Positions 30,349 to 39,834 of a DNA stretch of 64,000 nt are shown here, piece by piece. The position numbers and the translations under genes were made by a program. The stretch is from Candidatus Poribacteria bacterium (GTDB lineage: Bacteria; Poribacteria; WGA-4E; WGA-3G), in assembly GCA_965197475.1 (NCBI GenBank), contig CBDANF010000002.1, positions 704,001 to 768,000 on the forward strand. Reading direction: 5' to 3'. The notes below the pieces were generated by a model. It worked only from the letters and a program-made list of their open reading frames with translations, searched no databases and was not told the DNA's origin. Positions within the stretch are counted from its first letter, which is position 1. Each line of letters starts with the position of its first letter.

Positions 30349-32220
30349 ATGAAAGAAAACCAGTCAAAAATGTGGCAATCTCTCCCGGGTGCGCCGGGGG
30401 TTTATCTGATGAAAGCTTCCGACGGTTCTCCTATCTACATTGGTAAGGCAGTCAACCTGCGGAATCGCGTTCGCTCCTATTTTCAACAGGGTGGACTCAC
30501 TGACAACCCGCTGACTGCACAGATGATGCGGTATGTAACAGAGGTTGATTATATTGTTACGACCACTGAGATCGAAGCTCTCATTCTGGAAAATAATCTG
30601 ATTAAGGCACATCAACCAAGATATAATGTTAAACTAAAGGATGACAAACGCTACCCATTTCTGAGAGTAACAACGAATGAGCCATTTCCACGGATAATGA
30701 TTACGCGCAAAACAGACAGTGACGGGACACGCTACTTCGGTCCTTTTGTGCGAGTTCGTTCCACACGACAGGTACTTAAACAGTTAACCAAGTTGTTTCC
30801 GATTCGCACCTGTACGCTGCCGCTTACAGAAACAGGTAACAAATACCGCGCATGTCTTGATTATCACATCGGACGGTGCCCCGCACCATGCGCTAATAAA
30901 ATAAGTGTGCAGGATTATAAAAAGATAGTTCGTAAGGTGTGTCAGTTTTTGGGCGGAAATACAGCTGCTGTCGTAAAAGAACTACAGCAGCAGATGCAAG
31001 CAGCAGCGAAATCCTTAGATTTTGAAACTGCAGCGAAATATAGAGATATGCTTAAAGATGTTCAACAAGCTGTTACCACACAACAGAGCCTTGACAATGT
31101 TTCAACAGTAGATGAGGATGTTATCGGTATTGCAACGGCTTTTCAGCATGGCGTGCAAAGCCGACTTGGAGATATTGCCTGTGTTCAAGTGCTGCATATT
31201 CGCGATGGTAAGCTGCTTGACCGTGAACACTATTATCTGAATGACGTACATCCTGAATTAATACCGACTGCACTAAGCGCATTTGTTTCTCAACACTATC
31301 AGAATGCTGTCTTGGTCCCAAAAACGATTGTTTTGCCGATGCCGATTGAATCGGTGGAATTGATTGAAAAATGGCTTAGTGAGAAACGGGGCAACCATGT
31401 ATCTTTGCACGTGCCGAGGGCAGGAAGACTCAGGCGGTTGCAAACTTTGGCAACAAAAAATGCTGAAGTGCTATTGATACAGCGGGAACAAAGTGTGGTT
31501 TATAGTAGCGATGTGGATCCAGCACTGGTTGAACTTCAGGAACTCCTTGGGATAAATCATCCGCTCAGACGGATTGAGGCGTATGATATTTCGAATCTTG
31601 GAGATAGGTATGCCGTTGGATCTATGGTAGTTTTGGAAGATGGGAAACCCGCTTCAAGTGAATACCGACAGTTTCGGATCCGCGACGTTATTGGGCAGAA
31701 CGATTACGGTATGATGCAAGAGGTTATTACACGTCGGTTTCGCCGCGTTGAGGCAGGAGATAAAAAATTTAGCAAATTACCAGATTTAATACTGATTGAT
31801 GGTGGGAAGGGACAATTGGGTGCTGCGCAAGCTGCGCTTCAACCTTTCGCTGAAGTAGATTTAGACCCTGTTCCGACTCAGATTCCAATTATTGCGTTAG
31901 CAAAACGGATTGAGGAGATTTTCGTTCCGGGAAATCCGGATCCGATTTTGTTACGGGAAGATAATCCTACATTGCACATGATTCAGCGGTTGCGGGATGA
32001 GGCGCATCGGTTTGCGATTACTTATCACCGAAAACTCAGACAGAAAGCACTGAGTGCGTCTGTGCTTGATGAGATTCCTAACATCGGTCCGAAACGAAAA
32101 CAGGCGCTGCTCCAGCAATTTGGTTCGGTTGATGCAATTCGGCAGGCGAGTTTAGATGAACTTCTTTCTGTGAAAGGAATTCCTCGAAACGTTGCCGAGA
32201 ATATCCGAAAACATCTCTAA
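30349..32220 (+). CDS. uvrC: Excinuclease ABC subunit C
   Basis: GIY-YIG (GVY...IYIGKA), UVR domain, YDISN, IDGGKGQL, RDEAHRFA, HhH. Confidence 0.97.
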   Translation: MKENQSKMWQSLPGAPGVYLMKASDGSPIYIGKAVNLRNRVRSYFQQGGLTDNPLTAQMMRYVTEVDYIVTTTEIEALILENNLIKAHQPRYNVKLKDDKRYPFLRVTTNEPFPRIMITRKTDSDGTRYFGPFVRVRSTRQVLKQLTKLFPIRTCTLPLTETGNKYRACLDYHIGRCPAPCANKISVQDYKKIVRKVCQFLGGNTAAVVKELQQQMQAAAKSLDFETAAKYRDMLKDVQQAVTTQQSLDNVSTVDEDVIGIATAFQHGVQSRLGDIACVQVLHIRDGKLLDREHYYLNDVHPELIPTALSAFVSQHYQNAVLVPKTIVLPMPIESVELIEKWLSEKRGNHVSLHVPRAGRLRRLQTLATKNAEVLLIQREQSVVYSSDVDPALVELQELLGINHPLRRIEAYDISNLGDRYAVGSMVVLEDGKPASSEYRQFRIRDVIGQNDYGMMQEVITRRFRRVEAGDKKFSKLPDLILIDGGKGQLGAAQAALQPFAEVDLDPVPTQIPIIALAKRIEEIFVPGNPDPILLREDNPTLHMIQRLRDEAHRFAITYHRKLRQKALSASVLDEIPNIGPKRKQALLQQFGSVDAIRQASLDELLSVKGIPRNVAENIRKHL

Positions 32221-32401
32221 AAATTACTTTCTAACCTAATCTGTTCTAATTTGATAGGGCTGCCCCAATTTGTGCTTTTTAATTATGTATCTGCCCCTTA
32301 TCGTGCAACTGTGCCGAATGCTTAAGTGAGTTTTCTTATAGTCAAGGTATTTCTGTCTTGGCATATTATTTGCGTATCTATTATTAGATTGTCTATTCCG
32401 A

Positions 32402-32450
32402 GTGTAGGTTGGGTTGAAGTACGTGAAACCCATAGGTGTCAATTTAAGAT
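32402..32450 (+). repeat. REP-like and repeat debris downstream of uvrC
   Basis: GTAGGTTGGGTTGAAGTACGTGAAACCCA followed by TAGGTGTCAATTTAAG; a similar TAAGCGTCAATTTAG lies near 3170. Confidence 0.4.
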
Positions 32451-32715
32451 AATGAATCCGTTTTTTGTAAATATATATAGTCCCAGCAAGGGACAGGTGT
32501 ATCCTGTCTTGATGAAGGGACAGATAGGTGTGATTGTCCACCTATCGCACTGCTGGTGCTGCCGACAATCTTGGAAATCTAGAAATTCTGAAAATCCTGG
32601 TTCAGACAAGAAAACTTCACATTACCTAATCACAAGTTGATTGAGAATAAATTCGTTTATTTATGCTACTTCTCAATCAACTCTGATAGATTACCTAAGT
32701 ACAAAGAGAGTAAAA

Positions 32716-35337
32716 ATGCGAGAAAGAAACATCAAAATCATCGGTATTTTGCTTATTCTGTTGAGTGTTGCTTTTTTACACGTGAAACTCTATCGTTTTG
32801 CTGCGATGACGAAAGATGGTGAATTGCAGATTTTGGTATGTTTAGGCCGTGTAATTAACATAGATACGAGTGAAGAAGCCGATCAAATTCTGTCCTTCCG
32901 TATCATTTCCGGTCAGTTTCGTGGGGAAACGGTACAAGTCAATAATATATGGATCGGGCGCGCCTTCGGTGACCGCGTTTTGAGCAAGGGTGATGTGTTA
33001 TTTCTGGAAATTCAGATCCGTAATCCGATGCAACCGAAAATTAACTCTGTCTCAATGCGAGAGTACTTCCGAACCCCATTTCTGCTTTATTTGGCAGGCG
33101 CGTTAGGCGTGCTGATGATCCTTGTTGCTGGCATGAAAGGCGTACGGGCAATACTGACGTTGTTTGTTACTGCCCTCTCTGTCCTTTACATCCTGGTTCC
33201 ATTAACTGTTAGTGGATACAACCCGATTGCAGTAGCTCTGCTGATTGCTGCGCTACTTACATTTTCAACCTTCTTTCTCATTACAGGATTTAGTTTCAAA
33301 GTCGTTTCGGGTGTACTTGGAACGCTCGGCGGTTTAACTGCCGTCGGTATCCTGTCTATCCTCAGTCAACGTCTGATGGTGCTGACTGGATTAGCACAAG
33401 AGTTCGGTTTTCTGGAACTCGGCATTGCATTATGGCGCACCCCTGGGGCACATGATTGGAATTTCACAGGTATCCTGTCCGCGGGTATCATTTTAGGTGC
33501 AGTTGGCGCGATGATGGATGTAAGCATGTCTATCTCATCCAGCGTTCATGAAGTCAAGCAGGTGAATCCGAACATAAGTGTGCGACAATCGATCCGTGCA
33601 GGATTGAATGTTGGGCGTGATATTATGGGTACGATGGCAGATACACTTATCTTCGCCTATCTCGGCGCGCACATGATGACGATGTTGCTCCCTCGTGTCA
33701 ATTTTCCTGAGGCAGGCGTGCTATATCCGTTTCTTCGCTTGGTAAACGAAGAAGCAACAGCGGTAGCGATTATTCAAGCTGTTGTTGGAACAATTGGGTT
33801 GGTTCTTACCGTCCCTATTGCAGCGACAGTAGCAGGTTTCCTTACAAAATACACTAAAGTCCGCAGATCGGAGATTCACGAAAATCTACCTACAGAGGAG
33901 GAGTTAGAAGAATTATTTGGTAGTGAAACAACACATAGTGGATATCGCATTTTTTCCAGTCGAGTTGCGGTGCCAATCGCGATGCTTCTAGTGCTGTTCG
34001 GCACCACATTTGTTTACTATCGTACGCGTGGACTTTCTGCGACGATCTCAGAAGCGCGTGACGAACAGGGAGAACTCATTACAAAATCGGAGTATGCAAA
34101 GGCGAAAATCATCCGATTACTTGAATCAAGCGGGAATTTTCTGTTTACAATTGACGGATCTAACACAACCGATTTGGACAAAGAGATTGTTCCCTCTGCT
34201 TTGCGGGAGGTGTTCGCTAACAACAAAATCTCTTTATCCGATGATGTCTCTGTTTCCATTAAACCGTGGAAAGATAGTCGATGGTTGATTTCCGATGCAG
34301 GGCATGAACTGACTTTTAGCGTTCGAGCCGCTCAAGATGGGACGGACAACTTAAATGTGTATGATTCTGAAACCGAACATCATGTGTTTGAGGTTGAGAT
34401 GCTGAGCGGCATGTATAAAGGGAAACATTTGGTGTTAAGGAATATAGTAAATCACAGTATGCCATTGTTGAGTATCCCAGCAAAACCGGGCGATATTATA
34501 CTCTGCAAGGTTGGTGGAGATGCTGAGCAAATTAGTCTTTTAAACCTTGTACAAGAATACGCACGCGACAGATATCTTGTCTGGTTTGTCGGGGGAATGT
34601 TTCTGCTTATCATTCTTGTTGGACGGATTGAAGGTATCCGTACCGTATGTGCAATGCTGATTTCTGGCGCAGTCATATACTTCTTCATGCTACCGCTAAT
34701 ATCACAAGGGGTGAATGCGGTGTTTGTCGTAACGCTAACATCGGGGGTAGTCGCGTTTGTATCTTTAGTATTTGTTATTGGTCCAAGCAGAAAAACATTT
34801 TCTGCTGTGCTAGGGACGATGGGAGGGATCCTCGTAGCAGGATTGATAGTCCTATTTGCACAAAAGCAGCTACATTTTACCGGTTTAGAGAACGCAATTT
34901 CTGCAGATATTGTTGAGGCAACGCGTACCCCACCTTTCGATTTTGTGCAAATTCTGTTAGCGGGGATGTTGATGGGGGTATTAGGTGTAGCGGTTGACGG
35001 CGCAATCGAGGTGGCATCAAGTATGGAGGAGATTCGACGTGCAAATCCGAACATGCCAACATGGAGATTAATCGCTTCAGGTCTGAATGTCGGGACTGAT
35101 ATCCTCGGCACAATGGTCAATACTTTAGTATTTGCTTATCTCGGTGCGGAGTTGCTATTGGTTATCACTGTTACTACGTCAAATCTTGAATTTTTCACAT
35201 CGCCGCCAGTACAGTTGTTGAGCATCGGTGTGGTGTCTGCGGAGATTGTGCGGTTACTTGCAGGGACACTCGGTTTGGTATTAGCGATTCCGATTACTGC
35301 GGTAATTTGCGCATTCTGGAATCCAAAAAAATTATAG
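32716..35337 (+). CDS. Tandem-duplicated YibE/F-family membrane protein
   Basis: Two copies of GA.MD/GVAVD...ISSSV/VASSM...GLNVG.DI.GTM.(D/N)TL.FAYLG...GTIGLVL..PI. Confidence 0.9.
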   Translation: MRERNIKIIGILLILLSVAFLHVKLYRFAAMTKDGELQILVCLGRVINIDTSEEADQILSFRIISGQFRGETVQVNNIWIGRAFGDRVLSKGDVLFLEIQIRNPMQPKINSVSMREYFRTPFLLYLAGALGVLMILVAGMKGVRAILTLFVTALSVLYILVPLTVSGYNPIAVALLIAALLTFSTFFLITGFSFKVVSGVLGTLGGLTAVGILSILSQRLMVLTGLAQEFGFLELGIALWRTPGAHDWNFTGILSAGIILGAVGAMMDVSMSISSSVHEVKQVNPNISVRQSIRAGLNVGRDIMGTMADTLIFAYLGAHMMTMLLPRVNFPEAGVLYPFLRLVNEEATAVAIIQAVVGTIGLVLTVPIAATVAGFLTKYTKVRRSEIHENLPTEEELEELFGSETTHSGYRIFSSRVAVPIAMLLVLFGTTFVYYRTRGLSATISEARDEQGELITKSEYAKAKIIRLLESSGNFLFTIDGSNTTDLDKEIVPSALREVFANNKISLSDDVSVSIKPWKDSRWLISDAGHELTFSVRAAQDGTDNLNVYDSETEHHVFEVEMLSGMYKGKHLVLRNIVNHSMPLLSIPAKPGDIILCKVGGDAEQISLLNLVQEYARDRYLVWFVGGMFLLIILVGRIEGIRTVCAMLISGAVIYFFMLPLISQGVNAVFVVTLTSGVVAFVSLVFVIGPSRKTFSAVLGTMGGILVAGLIVLFAQKQLHFTGLENAISADIVEATRTPPFDFVQILLAGMLMGVLGVAVDGAIEVASSMEEIRRANPNMPTWRLIASGLNVGTDILGTMVNTLVFAYLGAELLLVITVTTSNLEFFTSPPVQLLSIGVVSAEIVRLLAGTLGLVLAIPITAVICAFWNPKKL

Positions 35338-35417
35338 ACTAATGTGAGTTCGATCTATGATAAATTTTGAACATAATTCACCATTTCAGCGGACTTATCC
35401 ACAAAAAACCACACACT

Positions 35418-35445
35418 GGTAGATGCGGTTTCCTAACCGCTCCTA
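35418..35445 (+). repeat. GTAG-type REP-like hairpin between convergent genes
   Basis: GGTAGATGCGGTTTCCTAACCGCTCCTA; related to 3261-3287. Confidence 0.5.
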
Positions 35446-35584
35446 TTATTGAATTCATGTTAGACTAAAACTAATAGTGGAAGGTTTGACAGCAAAGGAA
35501 GAATCATCTTCCGACAAGTAGTTCGTGATATTTTCAAATACTTCTTTTGGACAGCTCCTAATAGCTGAAAATAGCTGAAAGCCA

Positions 35585-36745
35585 TTAGCCTCTATACAGA
35601 GTCCGCATCTGTTGAATCACCTTCGGTAATTTGGCAATTACTGCGTCAATTTCTTCTTCGGTGGTGTTTCTTCCGAGTGAAAACCGCACTGTACCTTGTG
35701 CTAATCTGGGTGGTAAACCGAGAGCAGCAAGCACATGCGAAGGTTCCATAGACCCTGAAGTACACGCTGAACCCGTTGATACACAGATTCCCTCCATATC
35801 TAATCGTAAGATAAGGCTTTCACCTTCTACAGACTCAAAAGAAACGTTAAGCGTCCCAGGCGCGCAGTATTCCGGATGTCCATTGTAGTGCAACCGATCG
35901 ACGTGTGCATCAAGTCCTTCTCGGAGTCGGCGAGTTAATTTATCCAGATGTTCAGCATAGGCATCCCGTTCTTGTTTAGCAAGTTCCGATGCAACGCCAA
36001 GTCCGACAATAGCGGGTACGTTTTCGGACCCTGCGCGTCTATTACGTTCATGTGAGCCGCCATGCACGAGGTTTGCCAATCGGGTGCCTCGCCGAATGTA
36101 TAGGACACCAATGCCTTTTGGGGCATATACTTTGTGACCCGAAAGCGATAACAGATTCACGCCGAGTTCCTGCACGTTAATATCCAATTTGCCGATTGAC
36201 TGCACAGCATCGGTATGCACAAGGATTTCATGTTCCTGTGCAACCTGACAGATTTCTTCAAGCGGTTGGATAGTGCCATTTTCGTTATTGACATGCATGA
36301 TGGATATCAAAATTGTTGTCTTACGGATAGCGGAACGGAGTTGTTCAATTTGGATACGTCCGAATCGATCTACCGGTAGATACGTCACCTCAAAACCGCG
36401 TTGCTCCAGATATTGGCAGGTATGCAACACAGCGTGATGTTCTACAGACGAGGTGATGATATGATTCCCTTCACCCCGACTCTTTTGCAGCTCGGTTAGC
36501 CCTTTGATGGCGTGGTTATCAGCTTCCGTTCCACTTCCGGTGAATACGATTTCACTTGGACTTTTTGCACCGATGAGTTCTGCGACCTGTTCACGAGCAG
36601 TATCAATTGCGTTGCGTGCTTCACGTCCATAAGCGTGAATGCTGGACCCGTTACCGAATGCCTCAATCAGGAAAGGCATCATTGCGTCTCGAACTTCCGG
36701 GCGAAGTGGGGTTGTGGAATTGTAATCAAGATAGATTCGTTGCAT
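35585..36745 (-). CDS. iscS: Cysteine desulfurase (IscS/NifS)
   Basis: YLDYNSTT, HTDAVQ, SGHK (PLP lysine), STGSACTSG. Confidence 0.93.
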   Translation of the reverse strand: MQRIYLDYNSTTPLRPEVRDAMMPFLIEAFGNGSSIHAYGREARNAIDTAREQVAELIGAKSPSEIVFTGSGTEADNHAIKGLTELQKSRGEGNHIITSSVEHHAVLHTCQYLEQRGFEVTYLPVDRFGRIQIEQLRSAIRKTTILISIMHVNNENGTIQPLEEICQVAQEHEILVHTDAVQSIGKLDINVQELGVNLLSLSGHKVYAPKGIGVLYIRRGTRLANLVHGGSHERNRRAGSENVPAIVGLGVASELAKQERDAYAEHLDKLTRRLREGLDAHVDRLHYNGHPEYCAPGTLNVSFESVEGESLILRLDMEGICVSTGSACTSGSMEPSHVLAALGLPPRLAQGTVRFSLGRNTTEEEIDAVIAKLPKVIQQMRTLYRG

Positions 36746-36843
36746 GCGATGTATCCGTTAGATTCAAGCTATACGAAGTTAACTTTCTAAAAATTCCATG
36801 CCATCTTACCGCTGTGCTTCTATGGTATTTCTCAGTTGTTACA

Positions 36844-37637
36844 TTAGTCAATATGAAACACCTTTCCGCCGACACCTTTGACGATCACGTTATATTCACC
36901 AGCTGCGAACTCTCCAATAGAAACCTAATTTTGATATTTTGTTAACCCAGGTGTATCGAATCTGATATCTTCATATCTTATTAGTGGACAGTGAACACTA
37001 CCAAGAATTTCACCTGCTATCTGTATGTAGATGGTATTACCTTCTTGCTTCTGATGTGTTTCGAGGAATGGTATACACGCTTCCCAAAAGTATCCTTCAA
37101 CATTAACTGTCACTTGAGCAGGTCTGCTTTCTGAGATCAATATCTCACAGTTTTCAATATCTCATCATCTTCAACACGAAATTTCTCATTGATTCCCCTG
37201 CCAATTACTTCATACTCGCCGTCAGCGAACGATGATAACGCCCCGAGAGAAACTTGTCCTTCAGCTTGAGTTACAGCAGCCCCACAGATAAGACCTCCGC
37301 CAGCCTTAGAAGTGCCTATAGTACCCCAGATAAAGATGATATTTCCATTTCGTTTTTGATGTATTTCGTCAATAAAAATACAAGTGTTACTGTGGGATCC
37401 GGTCATAAATGTAACCATAATTTCAGTCGGTTTGTTATCTGAAATTGAAATATCAACATCGTAAAAAGATATGTCTGCAAAATCCCAATCATCAGGATTA
37501 ATCCTGTCATCAGGTGGTATTTTATCGTCTTTGATAGGCACATCCATAATTCCCAAGCCATCCCTTGAACAACCAACGAAACATACAATGCTTGTGATTA
37601 ACAGGGTAATTATCATAAATAAAAACAACTTTCGCAT
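36844..37637 (-). pseudogene. Two-domain lipoprotein with a frameshift (about 37150) and an in-frame TAG (36925)
   Basis: Lipobox FVGC; domain 1 EGQVSLG..FADGEYEVI matches domain 2 QN*VSIGEFAAGEYNVI; final stop at 36844. Confidence 0.65.
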
Positions 37638-37704
37638 AAGTTTTCATCTCCTTCTATTTTCAGATTCCATATAGGTTCTATTATTGTAAAATCCAGAATA
37701 CAGA

Positions 37705-39057
37705 TTACTCGTATGTCCGGTAATTGAGAAAGGTAATCTGATTCGAAGAAATCTTAACATCTCTAACAGATTCACTACGGCTGCTTTGTCCGCTTGAATT
37801 TAAAAAGGATAGTTTAAGTGTATGTGTGCCAGCAGGTAACGGCATCCGCACCATAAAAATCTGATTTGGCAGTGTTTGCCATGAACGGGTGTCCGCGCTC
37901 TCTGTAACCACCCCCGCAAGATTGACAATTGCCCCCAAAACTTTACTTTCCTTGTTGGCTTTACGGAATGTTAAATATTTCAACAGGGCGCGCGCTAATG
38001 TTCGAATGAGAGTTACAGTGTGTTCAGCTTCAAGGGTTTCAATCGCCATTATTTCTATGTCCTCTATTAACACACCCTGGGCTATTTCTTCTCCCACTGA
38101 AACCTGAATGCCTTTGAAATAGGGGCGTTTGGAACGGATTGTTGGCATTGCGACGTGTAAGAGATATTCAAGTTTTATCTCTTCTACAACCAATCCTTCA
38201 CGTGTTCTAATAGTACGAGCAAACGTTATAGTGTCTTTGTCATCATCTTCACCAAATTTATCGGTTTTGAGGATTGGAAACGTCAAAGTTTGCTCTCCCC
38301 TTCTTGGAACATAACCACTTTCATAAAAGAGGATCAACTCGCCATAGTTTTCAGGCAGTGCAGGCGGTTCGCCATACTGATTACGATAACGCTCATAATC
38401 ATCAGAAAAATTTAGTTCGCGTGATAGTCGCACAAGGGAATGACCTACATCATCAGGCACAGACACACCTGTTATCTCAGCAGCATTTTTATAGTATTCT
38501 TCTGCTTGCTTGTAAGAGATTAAGGCATCATTCAGCTCACCTGCTGCCTCAAACACCGTGCCGCAGAAGTGTGCAAGAAACCCTGTTCCAAAAAAATTAT
38601 ACTCCTTCTCTTCACCTTTGAAATACTGAATTAGACTCGTAGCACGGCGGCATTCTACCAATGCATCGTCTAACTTATTCAGATAGATATAGTTCAGGGC
38701 ATGGTAATAGTGACTTAAAAGTCGTTCATACCGAGTGCCAGCATAAGGACGGAGTTGATCAGAGGTAACAAGTGAAAAAGCCTCTTTTGAAACACTTTTG
38801 GTATAACGATCCTCAGCTAAATTTCCCGCTAAGTCAAATGCTTTGCTGCTTTCTGTAAATAGGTTAGAATAATGGGCAGTCAATCCTAATTCATATTGAT
38901 GCGGGATATCCGGCTTTTTCGGTGCGTTTTTCTTAAGGTAGTTGTAGGCATTTTCAGGTTTGCCAGTTTTCATGCCAATTTCGACTTTGTCGAAATTATA
39001 ACCAGCACACCCTATCATCAAAGGAATAATGAGTAGAAACGGAAGTATTTTAGTCAT
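37705..39057 (-). CDS. COG3014-like TPR lipoprotein
   Basis: Lipobox MIGC; Y.G..YER, DDALVE.R, ADTRSWQTLP; sits next to lpoB as usual. Confidence 0.75.
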   Translation of the reverse strand: MTKILPFLLIIPLMIGCAGYNFDKVEIGMKTGKPENAYNYLKKNAPKKPDIPHQYELGLTAHYSNLFTESSKAFDLAGNLAEDRYTKSVSKEAFSLVTSDQLRPYAGTRYERLLSHYYHALNYIYLNKLDDALVECRRATSLIQYFKGEEKEYNFFGTGFLAHFCGTVFEAAGELNDALISYKQAEEYYKNAAEITGVSVPDDVGHSLVRLSRELNFSDDYERYRNQYGEPPALPENYGELILFYESGYVPRRGEQTLTFPILKTDKFGEDDDKDTITFARTIRTREGLVVEEIKLEYLLHVAMPTIRSKRPYFKGIQVSVGEEIAQGVLIEDIEIMAIETLEAEHTVTLIRTLARALLKYLTFRKANKESKVLGAIVNLAGVVTESADTRSWQTLPNQIFMVRMPLPAGTHTLKLSFLNSSGQSSRSESVRDVKISSNQITFLNYRTYE

Positions 39058-39079
39058 TGGTATTACAAATTTTGAAATA

Positions 39080-39109
39080 TATTGGGCGGGAATTGTAACC
39101 CGCCCAATA
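39080..39109. terminator. 11-bp GC-rich stem-loop between lpoB and the lipoprotein gene
   Basis: TATTGGGCGGG-8 nt-CCCGCCCAATA. Confidence 0.55.
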
Positions 39110-39139
39110 CTTCAACATAAGAATGTGTTTGAATTGGGA

Positions 39140-39745
39140 CTACATTTTTAATTTTTTACGCCCAATATACTTTTTAATATCGTGCTGGCCAATCCAGATT
39201 TTCTCGTTGCTTTCAATGTTAGTTAGCGTGAGATCTGTCTGATAGGAGACGACCTGTTCTCCTTCCTTGCGATCTTTGATGGTATTGATTTCGCCGGTCA
39301 TCATGTAATCGGCACCGAGTTCGCGTCCCATCCGTTTGATGGTTTCAATTGCAGCGTGTTCACTCTGATCGGCACGTTCTTCCCGAATTTCTCCGCGCTC
39401 GCTTTTACTTGAGACAGTACGGACTTTCCCAGAATTGATAAATGCCCGTTCAATATCCCCAATGAACGTTTGCGTAGCAATATGCTCCATAGTCTTATTA
39501 CGGATGCCGCCTACAATAACGACAGGTTTCTTCGAGTCTGCCTTAGCCATGTGATCGATAATCCAGACATGGCCTAAACAGTCTGAAATCATCGTTTCAG
39601 CGACCATGCGAGAATCTGCATCGTTCCATCCACCCGAGAGGTCAATTGTAGTATCACTATCAATGCGGCTAACCTGTGTAGTAGGACCACATCCGATAAA
39701 AACGATTACTCCGATGAGTAGTAAGCATGACAATATTTTGTACAT
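39140..39745 (-). CDS. lpoB: Penicillin-binding protein activator LpoB family lipoprotein
   Basis: Lipobox FIGC; DLSG.WND.D, RNKT.EHI, GADY...G.I. Confidence 0.8.
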   Translation of the reverse strand: MYKILSCLLLIGVIVFIGCGPTTQVSRIDSDTTIDLSGGWNDADSRMVAETMISDCLGHVWIIDHMAKADSKKPVVIVGGIRNKTMEHIATQTFIGDIERAFINSGKVRTVSSKSERGEIREERADQSEHAAIETIKRMGRELGADYMMTGEINTIKDRKEGEQVVSYQTDLTLTNIESNEKIWIGQHDIKKYIGRKKLKM

Positions 39746-39834
39746 TTGATTTGCTCCTTTTTACTGTTTTACAAGTGGCAGGTAAATGACCTACTCCTAC
39801 GGCAGGCGGTAAACCTACGTCAACAAGTGATATG

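Noticed and set aside
32236-32640. Two overlapping ORFs of about 100 aa after uvrC
   Set aside because: They span REP-like and repeat debris and have no protein motifs
34452-35120. 222-aa minus-strand ORF
   Set aside because: Antisense shadow of the hydrophobic YibE/F gene
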